A DNA stretch of 64,000 bases from Clostridia bacterium (GTDB lineage: Bacteria; Bacillota; Clostridia; Monoglobales; Monoglobaceae). Each line of letters starts with the position of its first letter. The stretch's first letter is position 1. A program made the position numbers and the translations under genes. Location: NCBI GenBank assembly GCA_045580025.1, contig JAZNNB010000030.1, positions 17,891 through 81,890 of the forward strand. The letters are read 5' to 3'. Below the pieces are notes generated by a model that worked only from the letters and a program-made list of their open reading frames with translations, was not told the origin of the DNA and ran no database searches. Positions 27,245 to 37,319 of this stretch are shown here, piece after piece.

Positions 27245-29140
27245 CTAAACAATCCTTTTAAACATTTTTTCTATTTCACGTTTGGTAAATTCAACTTTTA
27301 TCGGTCTGCCATGAGGGCAGGTTGTTATACCTTTCTTTTCAAGGCTCTCAACATCCTGAAGCAATGCCTCCATCTCAAGCACACTTAGCTTTTTGTTGGC
27401 TTTTATTGCATATTTACAAGATATTGTGTCAAGAATTTTTTCTTCAAAACTGAGGATTCCTGACGGTCTTGCCTCACCCAATATTTCAATAACTTCCAGC
27501 GCCAAAGCCTTTATATCATCGTCATCAGCAACAAAAGGCGTCTGGCGTATAATAAGAGAATTCTTTCCAAATTCCTCTATCCCAAATCCTATTTTTTCAA
27601 GGATTTCACCTTTTTCTCTCACAATTTGCATTTCAAGGCTGTCTGCATCCATAACAATAGGAACAAGCAGCATCTGTCCTGCGACACCACGCTGTTCATA
27701 ATCATTTTTAAGCATTTCAAACCGCTTGCGCTCGTGTGCTGCATGCTGATCTATCAAAAAAACACTGTCATTCTTCTCGGCTATTACATATGTGTCAAAA
27801 ACCTGACCACAAATTTTCCAGCCCCCTACAGCTTGCTCTTCGTCCCCAAAAAGAGTCTGTATTTCCTCTGTTTTAGGCGTAGCCATATCTTGAATCTCGG
27901 CCAAAGACCCCTCTCCAGGCACCGTACCCCTTATTTCCTCAATTTTTCGTTCTGTCTCGTTGGAAAAAATTTCATTTCTTTTTGGCTCACGGAAGCTATA
28001 CTGGGAAGCCCCAGTTGATACAGTGTTATTCAAAAATGCCTTGACAACCGCAGTGTCAACATCCTCTCTTTTCGGTTGGATGAATGAGCTATTTCCTCCA
28101 AAATCAAAAGCTGGTCTTTTTTCTACACTTACGATTTCAATTTCTTCCCCAGACTTCTTGTAAAGGGCATTTTTCACAGCGTGATAAACAATATCATAAA
28201 CCTCTTTTTCATTGGCAAACTTAATCTCCGTTTTTGCAGGATGAACATTCACATCAACCAATTCGGGAGCAAGCTCAATATCAAGCACAAAAAACGGAAA
28301 CCTGCCCGTCATAAGCTCATTCCGATAAGCTTCTTCAACAATTTTTGAAACCACATGATTTTTTATATAACGGCCATTTACAAAAAGAGTCTGTCTGGTT
28401 CTATTTCCCCTTGAAAGTTCTGCCTTCCCTATTACTCCTGAAACTTTTACTCCGTGTTCTTGGTGGCCAACCTCAATTACACCTTTTGCGTGGTCTATGC
28501 CATAAATATTGAGTATGGCATTTTTAAGACTCCCGTCTCCCGCAGTTGAAAAAACCTCTTTTCCGTCTGATATATACCTGAAGGAGATATTCGGTTTTGA
28601 CAAAGCGATACGCCCCAAAACATCGGTTACATACCCTGCCTCTGTCGCATCCTTTTTGAGGAACTTCATTCTCGCAGGAACTGACGCAAAAAGATTTTCA
28701 ACAAGCATAACCGTTCCACTGTTGCAAGCAATTTCCTCTTTTGCTGCTACCTCGCCATGCCTCATGACAAGCCTTGCACCTATATCAGCGCTCTGTTCTT
28801 TTGTAATAACCTCCACATCCGACACCGCACAAATGCTCGCCAAAGCTTCACCACGAAAGCCCATAGTTTGTATGCGGAACAAATCGTCAATTTCCCGAAG
28901 CTTGCTTGTGGCATGACGCACAAAAGCAAACTCCGCCTCATCAAAAGGAATTCCGCAGCCATTGTCTTCCACCGAAATGTACGAAATGCCGCCATTTTTT
29001 ATTTCAACGGTTATCTGTGTTGCGCCGGCATCTATTGAATTTTCAACAAGTTCTTTAACCACAGCCGCCGGGCGTTCCGCCACTTCTCCAGCCGCAATTT
29101 TATCCGCAATACTCTGGGGCAAAATTTTTATCTGGGCCAC
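27245..29140 (-). CDS. mutL: DNA mismatch repair protein MutL
   Basis: GHKL ATPase N-terminus IAAGEVAERPAAVVKELVENSIDAG; 631 aa. Confidence 0.97.
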   Translation of the reverse strand: MAQIKILPQSIADKIAAGEVAERPAAVVKELVENSIDAGATQITVEIKNGGISYISVEDNGCGIPFDEAEFAFVRHATSKLREIDDLFRIQTMGFRGEALASICAVSDVEVITKEQSADIGARLVMRHGEVAAKEEIACNSGTVMLVENLFASVPARMKFLKKDATEAGYVTDVLGRIALSKPNISFRYISDGKEVFSTAGDGSLKNAILNIYGIDHAKGVIEVGHQEHGVKVSGVIGKAELSRGNRTRQTLFVNGRYIKNHVVSKIVEEAYRNELMTGRFPFFVLDIELAPELVDVNVHPAKTEIKFANEKEVYDIVYHAVKNALYKKSGEEIEIVSVEKRPAFDFGGNSSFIQPKREDVDTAVVKAFLNNTVSTGASQYSFREPKRNEIFSNETERKIEEIRGTVPGEGSLAEIQDMATPKTEEIQTLFGDEEQAVGGWKICGQVFDTYVIAEKNDSVFLIDQHAAHERKRFEMLKNDYEQRGVAGQMLLVPIVMDADSLEMQIVREKGEILEKIGFGIEEFGKNSLIIRQTPFVADDDDIKALALEVIEILGEARPSGILSFEEKILDTISCKYAIKANKKLSVLEMEALLQDVESLEKKGITTCPHGRPIKVEFTKREIEKMFKRIV

Positions 29141-29158
29141 GTTTCATCCTCCTGTTCT

Positions 29159-31777
29159 TTATATATTTTCCGCTTTCGCCTTGAGGGCATAAAGCTTGGT
29201 AAGTGCCTCCATAGGCGACATTGTGTCAAGGCTGAGTTCTCTTATCTCTGCTACGATTTCATTTTCTTCAAAGCCGACAAAGCTCAGTTGCTCAAAATCT
29301 CCATCCTTGTTTGTTTTCTTTTTTGCTTTTGGAATAGAAATTTCACCTTTTTCATTTCCATCACGGATTTCAAGAGCTTTAAGAATTTCCTTAGCGCGCT
29401 TTGTAACGTCTTTCTTAACTCCCGCCAGTGCCGCAACCTCAATTCCGTAACTGCCATCTGCACCGCCACGAATGATTTTTCTCAGGAAAGTAATATCATC
29501 ACCGTGCTTTTTAACCGCAATGCAATAATTTTTCACTCCGTCAATCTGGCTTTCAAGTTCGGTGAGTTCGTGATAATGGGTGGCAAATAAGGTCTTTGCT
29601 CCGCATTTATTCTTGTTTGCCATATACTCAACCACTGCCCAGGCAATGCTGAGCCCATCATAGGTGCTTGTTCCCCTGCCTATTTCGTCAAGAATAACAA
29701 GACTCTTTTTTGTGGCATTGTCAAGAATATATGCCACCTCATTCATTTCCACCATAAATGTACTCTGTCCGGCAGACAAATCGTCGGATGCTCCCACTCG
29801 GGTAAATATCTTATCAACAACACCAATCTTTGCAGCTGATGCCGGCACAAAAGAGCCCATCTGTGCCATAAGAACAATCAGTGCTGTCTGTCTCATATAT
29901 GTGGACTTTCCCGCCATATTGGGACCTGTTATTATCGCAAGCTGTCTCGCCTTTCCGTCAAGTTCGGTATCGTTTGGTATAAAAATACTGGTTATATTTT
30001 CAATAACAGGATGCCGTCCGTCCTTGATAACAATTTCGTCCTCCATATTCATCTGTGGCATAACATATCTGTTCTTTTCAGCCACATATGCTAGTGAACA
30101 CAAAACATCAATGTTCGCTATTGCATGAGCAGTAAGCTGAATTCTCGCTATCTGGTCTCCCACAAGGTCGCGGACTTTGCAAAAAATGTCATATTCGAGT
30201 GCTACGATTTCGCTTTCTGCCTCCACAATTTTTTCTTCAATTTCTTTTATCTCAGGCGTTATGTATCTTTCCCCGTTTGAAAGTGTCTGTTTTCTCACGA
30301 AATAGTCAGGCACTTCATTTGCACTTTGCTTGCTTATTTCAAGGTAGTATCCAAAAACCCGATTGTAACCCACTTTTATATTGCGGATTCCGGTTTTTTC
30401 TTTCTCCTCTTCAGCGAAATCGTTTATCCATTTGACACCGTTCTGGATTACCTCACGTCTCTCATCAACCTCACGGCTGAATCCGTCACGAATGAGATTA
30501 CCCTCCCTGAGCGTAATTGGCGGGTCAGGATTTATTGAATCTTCAATGACTTTTTTTACGTCTCCCAGTTCATCAAGCTGACTTTCAAGTCTCTTCAAAA
30601 CCCCCGCATCAAAAGTGCCGAGGATTTCTTTTATCCTTGGAAGCGATGAAAAAGATTGGGCAAGAGCCAGTAAATCCTTACATTTTGCGGTTTTGTATGT
30701 AATTCTTGATACCAATCTTTCAATATCCTGAATGTCTTTAAGCGCATCCACGATTTCCTGTCTTGCAATAGGGTTCCTAAGAAGCTCATCAACTGCCTTA
30801 TGTCTATTTTGAATTTTCGCACAATTTGCCAAGGGCATAGTTATCCACTTTCTCATAAGCCTGCTGCCCATGGAAGTTTTCGTCTTGTTTAGAACCGCAA
30901 AAAGACTTCCCTTTGTCTTCTTGTCACGCATAGTTTCAAGAAGTTCAAGATTTCTTATGCTGTAAAGGTCAATAGCCATATACTCCTGACTTTCAACCAC
31001 CGTAACCTCACGAAGATTTGTAAGCTCAGTTTTCTGAGTATCCGCCAAAAAGTCAATCAAAGCCCCAAGGCAGCGCAGCGCATAGCCTTTTTCAAAAAGG
31101 GCACTTTCCACCTCTCCAAACTTTTCCCTAACGGTTTTTTCGGCATTCTCTTTTTCAAAGCACTGGTCGAAATAGCTTTTTGAGATGCAGCCAAATCTAT
31201 CCGTCACCATATCAACAAGCATCTTATTTTCAAATGCGTTCTGGGAAAACACCACCTCGGACGGATTGAATCTGCTTATTTCATTGAGAAGCTGAATTTC
31301 AAGGTCGCATCCAGAGAATTCATTTACCGAAATTTCGCCGGTGGAAATATCAACAAAGGCAATTCCTGCACCATTATTATCCATAAAAACAGATGCAAGA
31401 TAGTTGTTTTTTGTGTCATCCAATGCCTCAGCATCCATAATGGTGCCGGCGCTGACCACTCTCACAACCTCACGTTTTACAATTCCTTTTGTCTGAGAAG
31501 GGTCCTCTGTCTGCTCGCAAATCGCAACAGTATAGCCATTTTCCACAAGCTTTGCTATGTAACTGTCCACCGCATGGAAAGGCACACCACACATGGGTGC
31601 ACGTTCCTCCTGACCGCAATCTCTGCCTGTCAGCGTAATTTCCAAAACTCTTGACGCAATCTTGGCATCCTCAAAAAACATCTCATAAAAATCACCAAGA
31701 CGGTACATCAGTATTGTATCTTTGTATTGATTTTTAATTTCAAAATACTGACGCATCATAGGCGTAAATTCAGCCAT
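29159..31777 (-). CDS. mutS: DNA mismatch repair protein MutS
   Basis: 872 aa. N-terminus TPMMRQYFEIK, Walker A GPNMAGKSTYMRQ. Confidence 0.98.
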   Translation of the reverse strand: MAEFTPMMRQYFEIKNQYKDTILMYRLGDFYEMFFEDAKIASRVLEITLTGRDCGQEERAPMCGVPFHAVDSYIAKLVENGYTVAICEQTEDPSQTKGIVKREVVRVVSAGTIMDAEALDDTKNNYLASVFMDNNGAGIAFVDISTGEISVNEFSGCDLEIQLLNEISRFNPSEVVFSQNAFENKMLVDMVTDRFGCISKSYFDQCFEKENAEKTVREKFGEVESALFEKGYALRCLGALIDFLADTQKTELTNLREVTVVESQEYMAIDLYSIRNLELLETMRDKKTKGSLFAVLNKTKTSMGSRLMRKWITMPLANCAKIQNRHKAVDELLRNPIARQEIVDALKDIQDIERLVSRITYKTAKCKDLLALAQSFSSLPRIKEILGTFDAGVLKRLESQLDELGDVKKVIEDSINPDPPITLREGNLIRDGFSREVDERREVIQNGVKWINDFAEEEKEKTGIRNIKVGYNRVFGYYLEISKQSANEVPDYFVRKQTLSNGERYITPEIKEIEEKIVEAESEIVALEYDIFCKVRDLVGDQIARIQLTAHAIANIDVLCSLAYVAEKNRYVMPQMNMEDEIVIKDGRHPVIENITSIFIPNDTELDGKARQLAIITGPNMAGKSTYMRQTALIVLMAQMGSFVPASAAKIGVVDKIFTRVGASDDLSAGQSTFMVEMNEVAYILDNATKKSLVILDEIGRGTSTYDGLSIAWAVVEYMANKNKCGAKTLFATHYHELTELESQIDGVKNYCIAVKKHGDDITFLRKIIRGGADGSYGIEVAALAGVKKDVTKRAKEILKALEIRDGNEKGEISIPKAKKKTNKDGDFEQLSFVGFEENEIVAEIRELSLDTMSPMEALTKLYALKAKAENI

Positions 31778-31821
31778 TTAAAGTCCCCCTTCTTTGCAAA
31801 AAGCAAAGTTTTATCCAAAAT

Positions 31822-32226
31822 TTAGTGACAGCTTGAGCAGCCCGAACAGTTTCCGCTACAACCGCCCTCACCGCTTGCACTTTCCTGACCGGTAATAAAA
31901 TATGTGAGGACAGCATTTACCTGATTTACCATCATTTCAAACTCTCTGTCAGCTTCAAGATATTCTGCAATAAGATTGTTTTTTACAATCTTTTCAAATT
32001 CTGCCTGAACATAGTTCTTATATTCCTCAAGTTCCTCTTTTGTAGGGTCAGTTCCACGAAGCTTTTCTGTTGCAGCTTTTCTGTTGTCATTGTAAGTCTT
32101 AAGAAGCGCCATTGCCTCATCATCTGCATTCATAGCATCTGCCGCCTTTGTAACTCTTTTGCTTTCTTCGCTTTCCGCAATCATCGTGCCAAGCTCCTGA
32201 GCCTTTTCAATAATCTGATTTCTCAT
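31822..32226 (-). CDS. YlbF/YmcA (Ric)-family regulator-like protein with a Cys-rich C-terminal tail
   Basis: GGAGGA lies 8 nt upstream of ATG 32226. The body is helical (IEKAQELGTMIAESEE ... LIAEYLEADREFEMMVNQVN) and the protein ends GGCSGNCSGCSSCH. Confidence 0.75.
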   Translation of the reverse strand: MRNQIIEKAQELGTMIAESEESKRVTKAADAMNADDEAMALLKTYNDNRKAATEKLRGTDPTKEELEEYKNYVQAEFEKIVKNNLIAEYLEADREFEMMVNQVNAVLTYFITGQESASGEGGCSGNCSGCSSCH

Positions 32227-32243
32227 TTCAAAGTTCCTCCGTT

Positions 32244-33644
32244 TCAATCAATAATTTCGCCAATCAGCGACCAGGTTTTTACCTCAGTAATTTTTATATT
32301 TACTATTTCGCCCACCAAAGAATCTTTCCCTTGGAAATTCACAATCTTTCCTCCGTCGGTTCTCCCACTCAAAAACTCCGGATTGTTTTTGCTGAGTCCC
32401 TCCACAAGCACTTTTTCGCATTTTCCAAGGTAGACATCGTTTTTCTTCTTAGAAATCACGTTCTGAAATTCAACCATTCTCTCAAAATTCTTGTGTTTTT
32501 CTTCGGGCGAAAGACAATCCTCCATTTCTGCCACAGGCGTTCCCTTTCGTTTTGAATAGATGAAAGAAAAAATCATATCATATTCAACTTCCCCAAGGAT
32601 AGACATTGTCTCTTCAAAATCTTCATTGGTTTCACCGGGAAATCCAACAATAATATCTGTGGTTAGAACAATATCAGGCATCTTTTCCCGAACTTTTTTC
32701 ACTATATCCAGATACTTTTCTCTGGTATAGCTGCGATTCATTTTTTTGAGGATTCTGTCAGAGCCGCACTGTACGGGAAGATGTAGTTGCTTGCATATCT
32801 TGTCATTTTCCGCCATAACACAGATAAGCTCGTCCGATATATCCTTTGGGTGAGATGTCATAAACCTAACCCTTTCTATTCCGTCAACCTTGCAAACCTC
32901 TTCAAGAAGCTTGGCAAAAGAAATTCCGTCAGCCAAATCATTCCCATAAGAATTCACATTCTGCCCAAGAAGCATAACCTCTTTATAACCAAGTGCCGCC
33001 ACCTCACGCACTTCTTTTAATACGCTTTCCATAGTTCTACTGCGTTCACGACCTCGAACATACGGAACTATACAATAGGTGCAAAAATTGTTGCAGCCAT
33101 ACATAATCGGGATTTTTGCAAGAGGCAATTTTTCACGTTTTGTGGTTATCCCCTCAAAAATTTCGCCATCACTGTCATGAATATCAAAAGCTCTGCCAAC
33201 ATCTTTCGCCTCACACAGGAGCTGTGGCAATTTAACAAGCGCATGAGTGCCAAAAACCATATCCACGTGCTTATATTTTTTCTTTATCTGCTCCGCAATA
33301 TGCTCTTGTTGAACCATACATCCGCACACACCAATAATGAGCGACGGTTTTTTCGCCTTTAAGTGCTTCAGTGCCCCCAAATTCCCAAACACCCGAAGTT
33401 CCGCATTTTCACGAACAGCACAGGTGTTGTAAATCACCAAATCAGCATCTTTCACATCATCACAAAACTCATACCCCATATCAAAAAGCATTCCACAGAT
33501 TCGCTCGGAATCGTTTTCATTCTGGGCACAGCCATAAGTCTCCACAAACGCCTTGGGAGAATATTCGCGTGCTTCATTGACCAGTCGCATTTTTTGTATA
33601 TATTCACGCTGTTTTTGAATTTCTATATTAGTCAGTTCTGCCAA
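32244..33644 (-). CDS. miaB: tRNA-2-methylthio-N6-dimethylallyladenosine synthase
   Basis: N-terminal ETYGCAQNENDSE, radical-SAM CNNFCTYCIVP, C-terminal TRAM domain. The start is uncertain. I chose TTG 33644 because it lies 10 nt after GAGGGGAG; the track start is TTG 33713. Confidence 0.9.
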   Translation of the reverse strand: MAELTNIEIQKQREYIQKMRLVNEAREYSPKAFVETYGCAQNENDSERICGMLFDMGYEFCDDVKDADLVIYNTCAVRENAELRVFGNLGALKHLKAKKPSLIIGVCGCMVQQEHIAEQIKKKYKHVDMVFGTHALVKLPQLLCEAKDVGRAFDIHDSDGEIFEGITTKREKLPLAKIPIMYGCNNFCTYCIVPYVRGRERSRTMESVLKEVREVAALGYKEVMLLGQNVNSYGNDLADGISFAKLLEEVCKVDGIERVRFMTSHPKDISDELICVMAENDKICKQLHLPVQCGSDRILKKMNRSYTREKYLDIVKKVREKMPDIVLTTDIIVGFPGETNEDFEETMSILGEVEYDMIFSFIYSKRKGTPVAEMEDCLSPEEKHKNFERMVEFQNVISKKKNDVYLGKCEKVLVEGLSKNNPEFLSGRTDGGKIVNFQGKDSLVGEIVNIKITEVKTWSLIGEIID

Positions 33645-33748
33645 ACAAAAAACACTCCCCTCAATTTTAGCATATACATACTTTATTATACTATTTTCGG
33701 AGTGTTTTTGCAATAGGTTTTTTGTGATAAATATTGAAATTTCAGCCT

Positions 33749-34114
33749 TTATTTCTGCTTGGGATTAAATATAATGGCCGCCAGAAACCCAAAGAAAATT
33801 GACGCCGCAATCCCCCCTGCCGCCCCGGTAACCCCACCGGTGAATACCCCAAGGAAGCCCCTTTCGGAAATCCCCTTAAAAACGCCCTTTGCCAAGGTGT
33901 TTCCAAATCCAATAATTGGAACGGTAGCACCAGCACCACCTATTTCGATTATCTTATCATAAAGCCCAAGTCCACTCAAGATTACACCCGCCACCACGAA
34001 AGCCACCAAAATTCGGGCGGGTGTCAGCTTTGTTTTGTCTATAAGAATTTGCGCCACTGCACAAAAAGCACCGCCTACCCAGAATGCGTTAAAAAATCTC
34101 ATAAAAACTTCCAT
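33749..34114 (-). CDS. spoVAE: Stage V sporulation protein AE (SpoVAEB-type)
   Basis: 121 aa, with the IGGAGATVPIIGFGNTLAKG motif. It follows spoVAD directly. Confidence 0.9.
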   Translation of the reverse strand: MEVFMRFFNAFWVGGAFCAVAQILIDKTKLTPARILVAFVVAGVILSGLGLYDKIIEIGGAGATVPIIGFGNTLAKGVFKGISERGFLGVFTGGVTGAAGGIAASIFFGFLAAIIFNPKQK

Positions 34115-34116
34115 TT

Positions 34117-35133
34117 TTATTCCCTTTCTGCAGAAATTGCCACTGCATGAGCAACAGACGGTATCGACTCACCCTGAAGCGTGGATGTAGGGCTAAGCAG
34201 CGCCCCAGTCCCCATAAACAGCACATTTTTAAGCTCGCCCGCACGAATCTTGTCCATAATATATCCACAAAGAGTAATAGCCCCACAACCACATCCCGAG
34301 CCACCTGCGTGCATATCCTGTTTCCGTATATCGAAAATCATGCATCCGCAATCATCATAATTTTCCCCCATGTCAAAGCCCTTTTCGCCCATCAAATCCA
34401 CGATAATCGACTTTCCCACAGTTCCCAAATCCCCCGACACTATGAGGTCATAAAAATCAGGTTTTCGTCCTGTATCTTCAAAATGCGCTGCCAAGGTATC
34501 CGCCGCTGCAGGTGCCATTGCCGCCCCCATATTGTTGGCATCCTTAACCCCCAAATCCATAACTTTTCCTGACGTAAAGTGGGTCACATATGGTCCCTCG
34601 CCATTTTCCGATAGCACAACCGCCCCCGACCCCGTAACAGTCCACTGCGCCGTAGGGGTCCTCTGTCCGCCATATTCAAGGGGGTTTCTGTACTGACGCT
34701 CAGCAGTACAGAAATGGCTTGAGGTCACCGCAACAGAAAGGTCAGAATACCCCCCGTCAATACTCATAGCAGCAAGCCCCATGGTCTCGGCCATGGTGGA
34801 ACACGCCCCATACACTCCCAAAAAAGGAATGTCAAACGCCATCAGTCCAAAGGTGGAGCCAATGCATTGATTAAGCAAATCCCCTGCAAAAATATATTTT
34901 ATATCCTTGGCGTCGACCTTTGCCTTTTCAAGAGCTCGACCCACAGCCGACTTTTGCATTTTGCTTTCCGCCTTCTCCCAGGTGTCCTCACCCCATTCGG
35001 CATTTTCCATAACAATGTCAAAATGAGCCGCAAGCGGTCCTTCTGCCTCTTTTTGCCCTGCCACTGCTGCCGCAGATAATAAACTCACCGCTTTTGAGAA
35101 TTTCACCGTCTGTTTTCCAAGCCGTTTTTCCAT
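34117..35133 (-). CDS. spoVAD: Stage V sporulation protein AD
   Basis: 338 aa thiolase-like fold with a typical SpoVAD N-terminus (GKQTVKF..). It lies between spoVAC and spoVAE. Confidence 0.92.
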   Translation of the reverse strand: MEKRLGKQTVKFSKAVSLLSAAAVAGQKEAEGPLAAHFDIVMENAEWGEDTWEKAESKMQKSAVGRALEKAKVDAKDIKYIFAGDLLNQCIGSTFGLMAFDIPFLGVYGACSTMAETMGLAAMSIDGGYSDLSVAVTSSHFCTAERQYRNPLEYGGQRTPTAQWTVTGSGAVVLSENGEGPYVTHFTSGKVMDLGVKDANNMGAAMAPAAADTLAAHFEDTGRKPDFYDLIVSGDLGTVGKSIIVDLMGEKGFDMGENYDDCGCMIFDIRKQDMHAGGSGCGCGAITLCGYIMDKIRAGELKNVLFMGTGALLSPTSTLQGESIPSVAHAVAISAERE

Positions 35134-35145
35134 AAATGCACCTCC

Positions 35146-35595
35146 CTATTTTCCAAATCCGAATACATAATAAACAAGTCCCAAAATAATTGACGCATTT
35201 ATGCCATAAACCAACACAGGCCCCGCAATGGTGAACATTTTGGCAGCAAGCCCCAAAACATACCCCTCCCGCTTGAACTCAATGGCAGGAGATACCACTG
35301 CATTGGCAAAGCCCGTTATGGGCACAAGGGTCCCTGCCCCTGCATATTTTGCAAGCTTGTGATAAAGATTAAGTCCTGTAAAAAGCGCCCCCAAAAATAC
35401 CATAGTAATAGGAACAGCCGTTTTCACGCTTTCTTCATTTAGTCCAAACACCGACTTATAAATTTCACCAAATGCCTGTCCGATAACGCAAATCAGTCCG
35501 CCAATAATAAAGGCAAATATCATATTTCGAAAAAGCTTGCTGTTAGGCGATTTTTTCTGCACATAATCTAAGTATTCCTGTTTTGTATAATCCAT
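35146..35595 (-). CDS. spoVAC: Stage V sporulation protein AC
   Basis: 149 aa, four TM segments, AGAGTLVPITGFANAV motif. Confidence 0.92.
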   Translation of the reverse strand: MDYTKQEYLDYVQKKSPNSKLFRNMIFAFIIGGLICVIGQAFGEIYKSVFGLNEESVKTAVPITMVFLGALFTGLNLYHKLAKYAGAGTLVPITGFANAVVSPAIEFKREGYVLGLAAKMFTIAGPVLVYGINASIILGLVYYVFGFGK

Positions 35596-35682
35596 AAAAG
35601 TTCTCCCCTTATTTTTCTGTTTCAGTTATTATCTGTATTTTTTATGATTGTATTCATCTTGTTTTAAGCAAAAAGTCAAACA

Positions 35683-35710
35683 AAGGGCTTCCCCTTTCGG
35701 GGAAGCCCTT
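35683..35710 (-). terminator. Rho-independent terminator after malQ
   Basis: Stem aagggcttcccc / ggggaagccctt with a tttc loop, immediately after the malQ stop. Confidence 0.8.
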
Positions 35711-35712
35711 TT

Positions 35713-37143
35713 CTATATTCTGTTATAAAGTTCATTAAGCCGTCTGAATCTTTTTTTGTCAATTCCGTCAAGCTGTTCTTTGGTAACCCGATAACACCAG
35801 TTGTTTTCAGCACGCCCCGGGAAGTTGAGCCGAGTGTCTGCTCCATAACCAAGTATATCCTGAATTGGAAAAATAACCGTTCCTGCGCTGCTTGCCCAGA
35901 TTGTACGAAGTATAGCAGCGAGCTCATTGCCCCAATCTTCCGATGTATAGCCGCAATATTCAAGCATCTCACGACGATTTTTCTCATCAAGCTCCCAAAG
36001 ATAGCCAAGAAGCGTGTTGTTATCATGAGTTCCGCTGTATGCGATGCAGTTTTCCTTATAGTTATGGGGTTTGTGGGTTGATTCACCTCCAAAGAACCCA
36101 AACTGGAACACTCTCATGCCAGGGAAACCGCTTTCCTCAACCAAATTCTCTACCTCAAGGGTTATATGTCCCAAATCTTCTGCGATTATCAGCTTTTCAC
36201 CAGCAGCATTTTTGATTTTTTCGATTATATCCATACCGGGCGCCTTTATCCATTTGCCATTCTTTGCAGTCTTTTCGGAAGCCGGCACTGCCCAAAAAGA
36301 TTCAAATGCACGAAAATGGTCAATCCGAAGTCCGTCAAAAAGCTCAAGTGACGCTTTCACGCGGTCAATCCACCACTTATATCCTGTTTCTTTCATTTTT
36401 TGCCAGTTATATAAGGGGTTACCCCAAAGCTGACCATCCTCCGAAAAATAATCAGGCGGAACACCTGCCACTTGCGTGGGATAGCCCTTTTCATCAAGCA
36501 AAAATAATCTTTGGTCAAAATACACATCCGAGCTGTCAGGCGATACATAAATTGGCATATCCCCAATAAGTTCAATTCCTTGCTCGTTGGCATATTTTTT
36601 TATTTTTTTCCACTCTTCAAAAAATTCATACTGAATAAATTTCCATCCAAAGAGTGTGTCCTCGTCAATATTAGAGGATGTCCATTCCTGCCACGCCCTT
36701 TGACCATTGGCACTTTTCAGTGCCATAAACTTGCAAAAGTTTTCTATGTAAGGCCTCTCTGAAATAAATTCTTCAATCTCCCGTCTTTCATTCACCCGTC
36801 TTGATGCCGTCATAAGCAAAGAAATGCGTTCTTCCCGAAGCCTTTCAAACTCGCAAAGGTATGGTTCTTTTTGTTTTGCCTCATCCAGTTCCGCTTTGGT
36901 TATCAACCCCTTATCAAAAAGGTTTTCAAGGTCAATAAAAAACGGGTTTCCCGCAAATGTGGAATATGATTTATAAGGCGAATTGAAATCATCCACAGGA
37001 CAAAAAGGCAACACCTGCCAGCACGAAAATCCACATTCCCTCAAAAAATCAACAAACTCCCTTGCAGCTTTTCCAAATCCTCCGCAGGAATAGTCACCCC
37101 AAAGAGATGAAATATGCATAAGTACTCCGCTTTTTCGTTTCAA
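35713..37143 (-). CDS. malQ: 4-alpha-glucanotransferase (amylomaltase, GH77)
   Basis: N-terminus KRKSGVLMHISSLWG, and RIDHFRAF. TTG 37143 lies 6-7 nt after GGGGGA. Confidence 0.92.
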   Translation of the reverse strand: MKRKSGVLMHISSLWGDYSCGGFGKAAREFVDFLRECGFSCWQVLPFCPVDDFNSPYKSYSTFAGNPFFIDLENLFDKGLITKAELDEAKQKEPYLCEFERLREERISLLMTASRRVNERREIEEFISERPYIENFCKFMALKSANGQRAWQEWTSSNIDEDTLFGWKFIQYEFFEEWKKIKKYANEQGIELIGDMPIYVSPDSSDVYFDQRLFLLDEKGYPTQVAGVPPDYFSEDGQLWGNPLYNWQKMKETGYKWWIDRVKASLELFDGLRIDHFRAFESFWAVPASEKTAKNGKWIKAPGMDIIEKIKNAAGEKLIIAEDLGHITLEVENLVEESGFPGMRVFQFGFFGGESTHKPHNYKENCIAYSGTHDNNTLLGYLWELDEKNRREMLEYCGYTSEDWGNELAAILRTIWASSAGTVIFPIQDILGYGADTRLNFPGRAENNWCYRVTKEQLDGIDKKRFRRLNELYNRI

Positions 37144-37261
37144 AGTTATATCCCCCAATTTTTCAAATGTTATACTTATTTTACCACATTATAAAAACTT
37201 TCGCAACAACCAATTATTTTGAACTTTACGAAACTCCCCCATCGCGCATTCCACAAATAAA

Positions 37262-37299
37262 AAACACAAAAAAAAAGAGACGACCGAGGTCGTCTCTTT
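37262..37299 (-). terminator. Strong rho-independent terminator of the S-layer gene
   Basis: On the minus strand, stem aaagagacgac / gtcgtctcttt is followed by a long T-run (plus-strand aaaaaaaaa at 37268-37276). Confidence 0.9.
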
Positions 37300-37319
37300 A
37301 ATTTCAGCTAATCAGCCAA

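Noticed and set aside
35596-35682. A forespore sigma-G/sigma-F promoter for spoVAC-AD-AE (GCTTA-18 nt-CATAAAA on the minus strand)
   Set aside because: It matches only 4/5 and 6/7 positions of short, degenerate consensus elements in an AT-rich spacer. That is too weak to report as a feature without a genome-specific matrix or TSS data.
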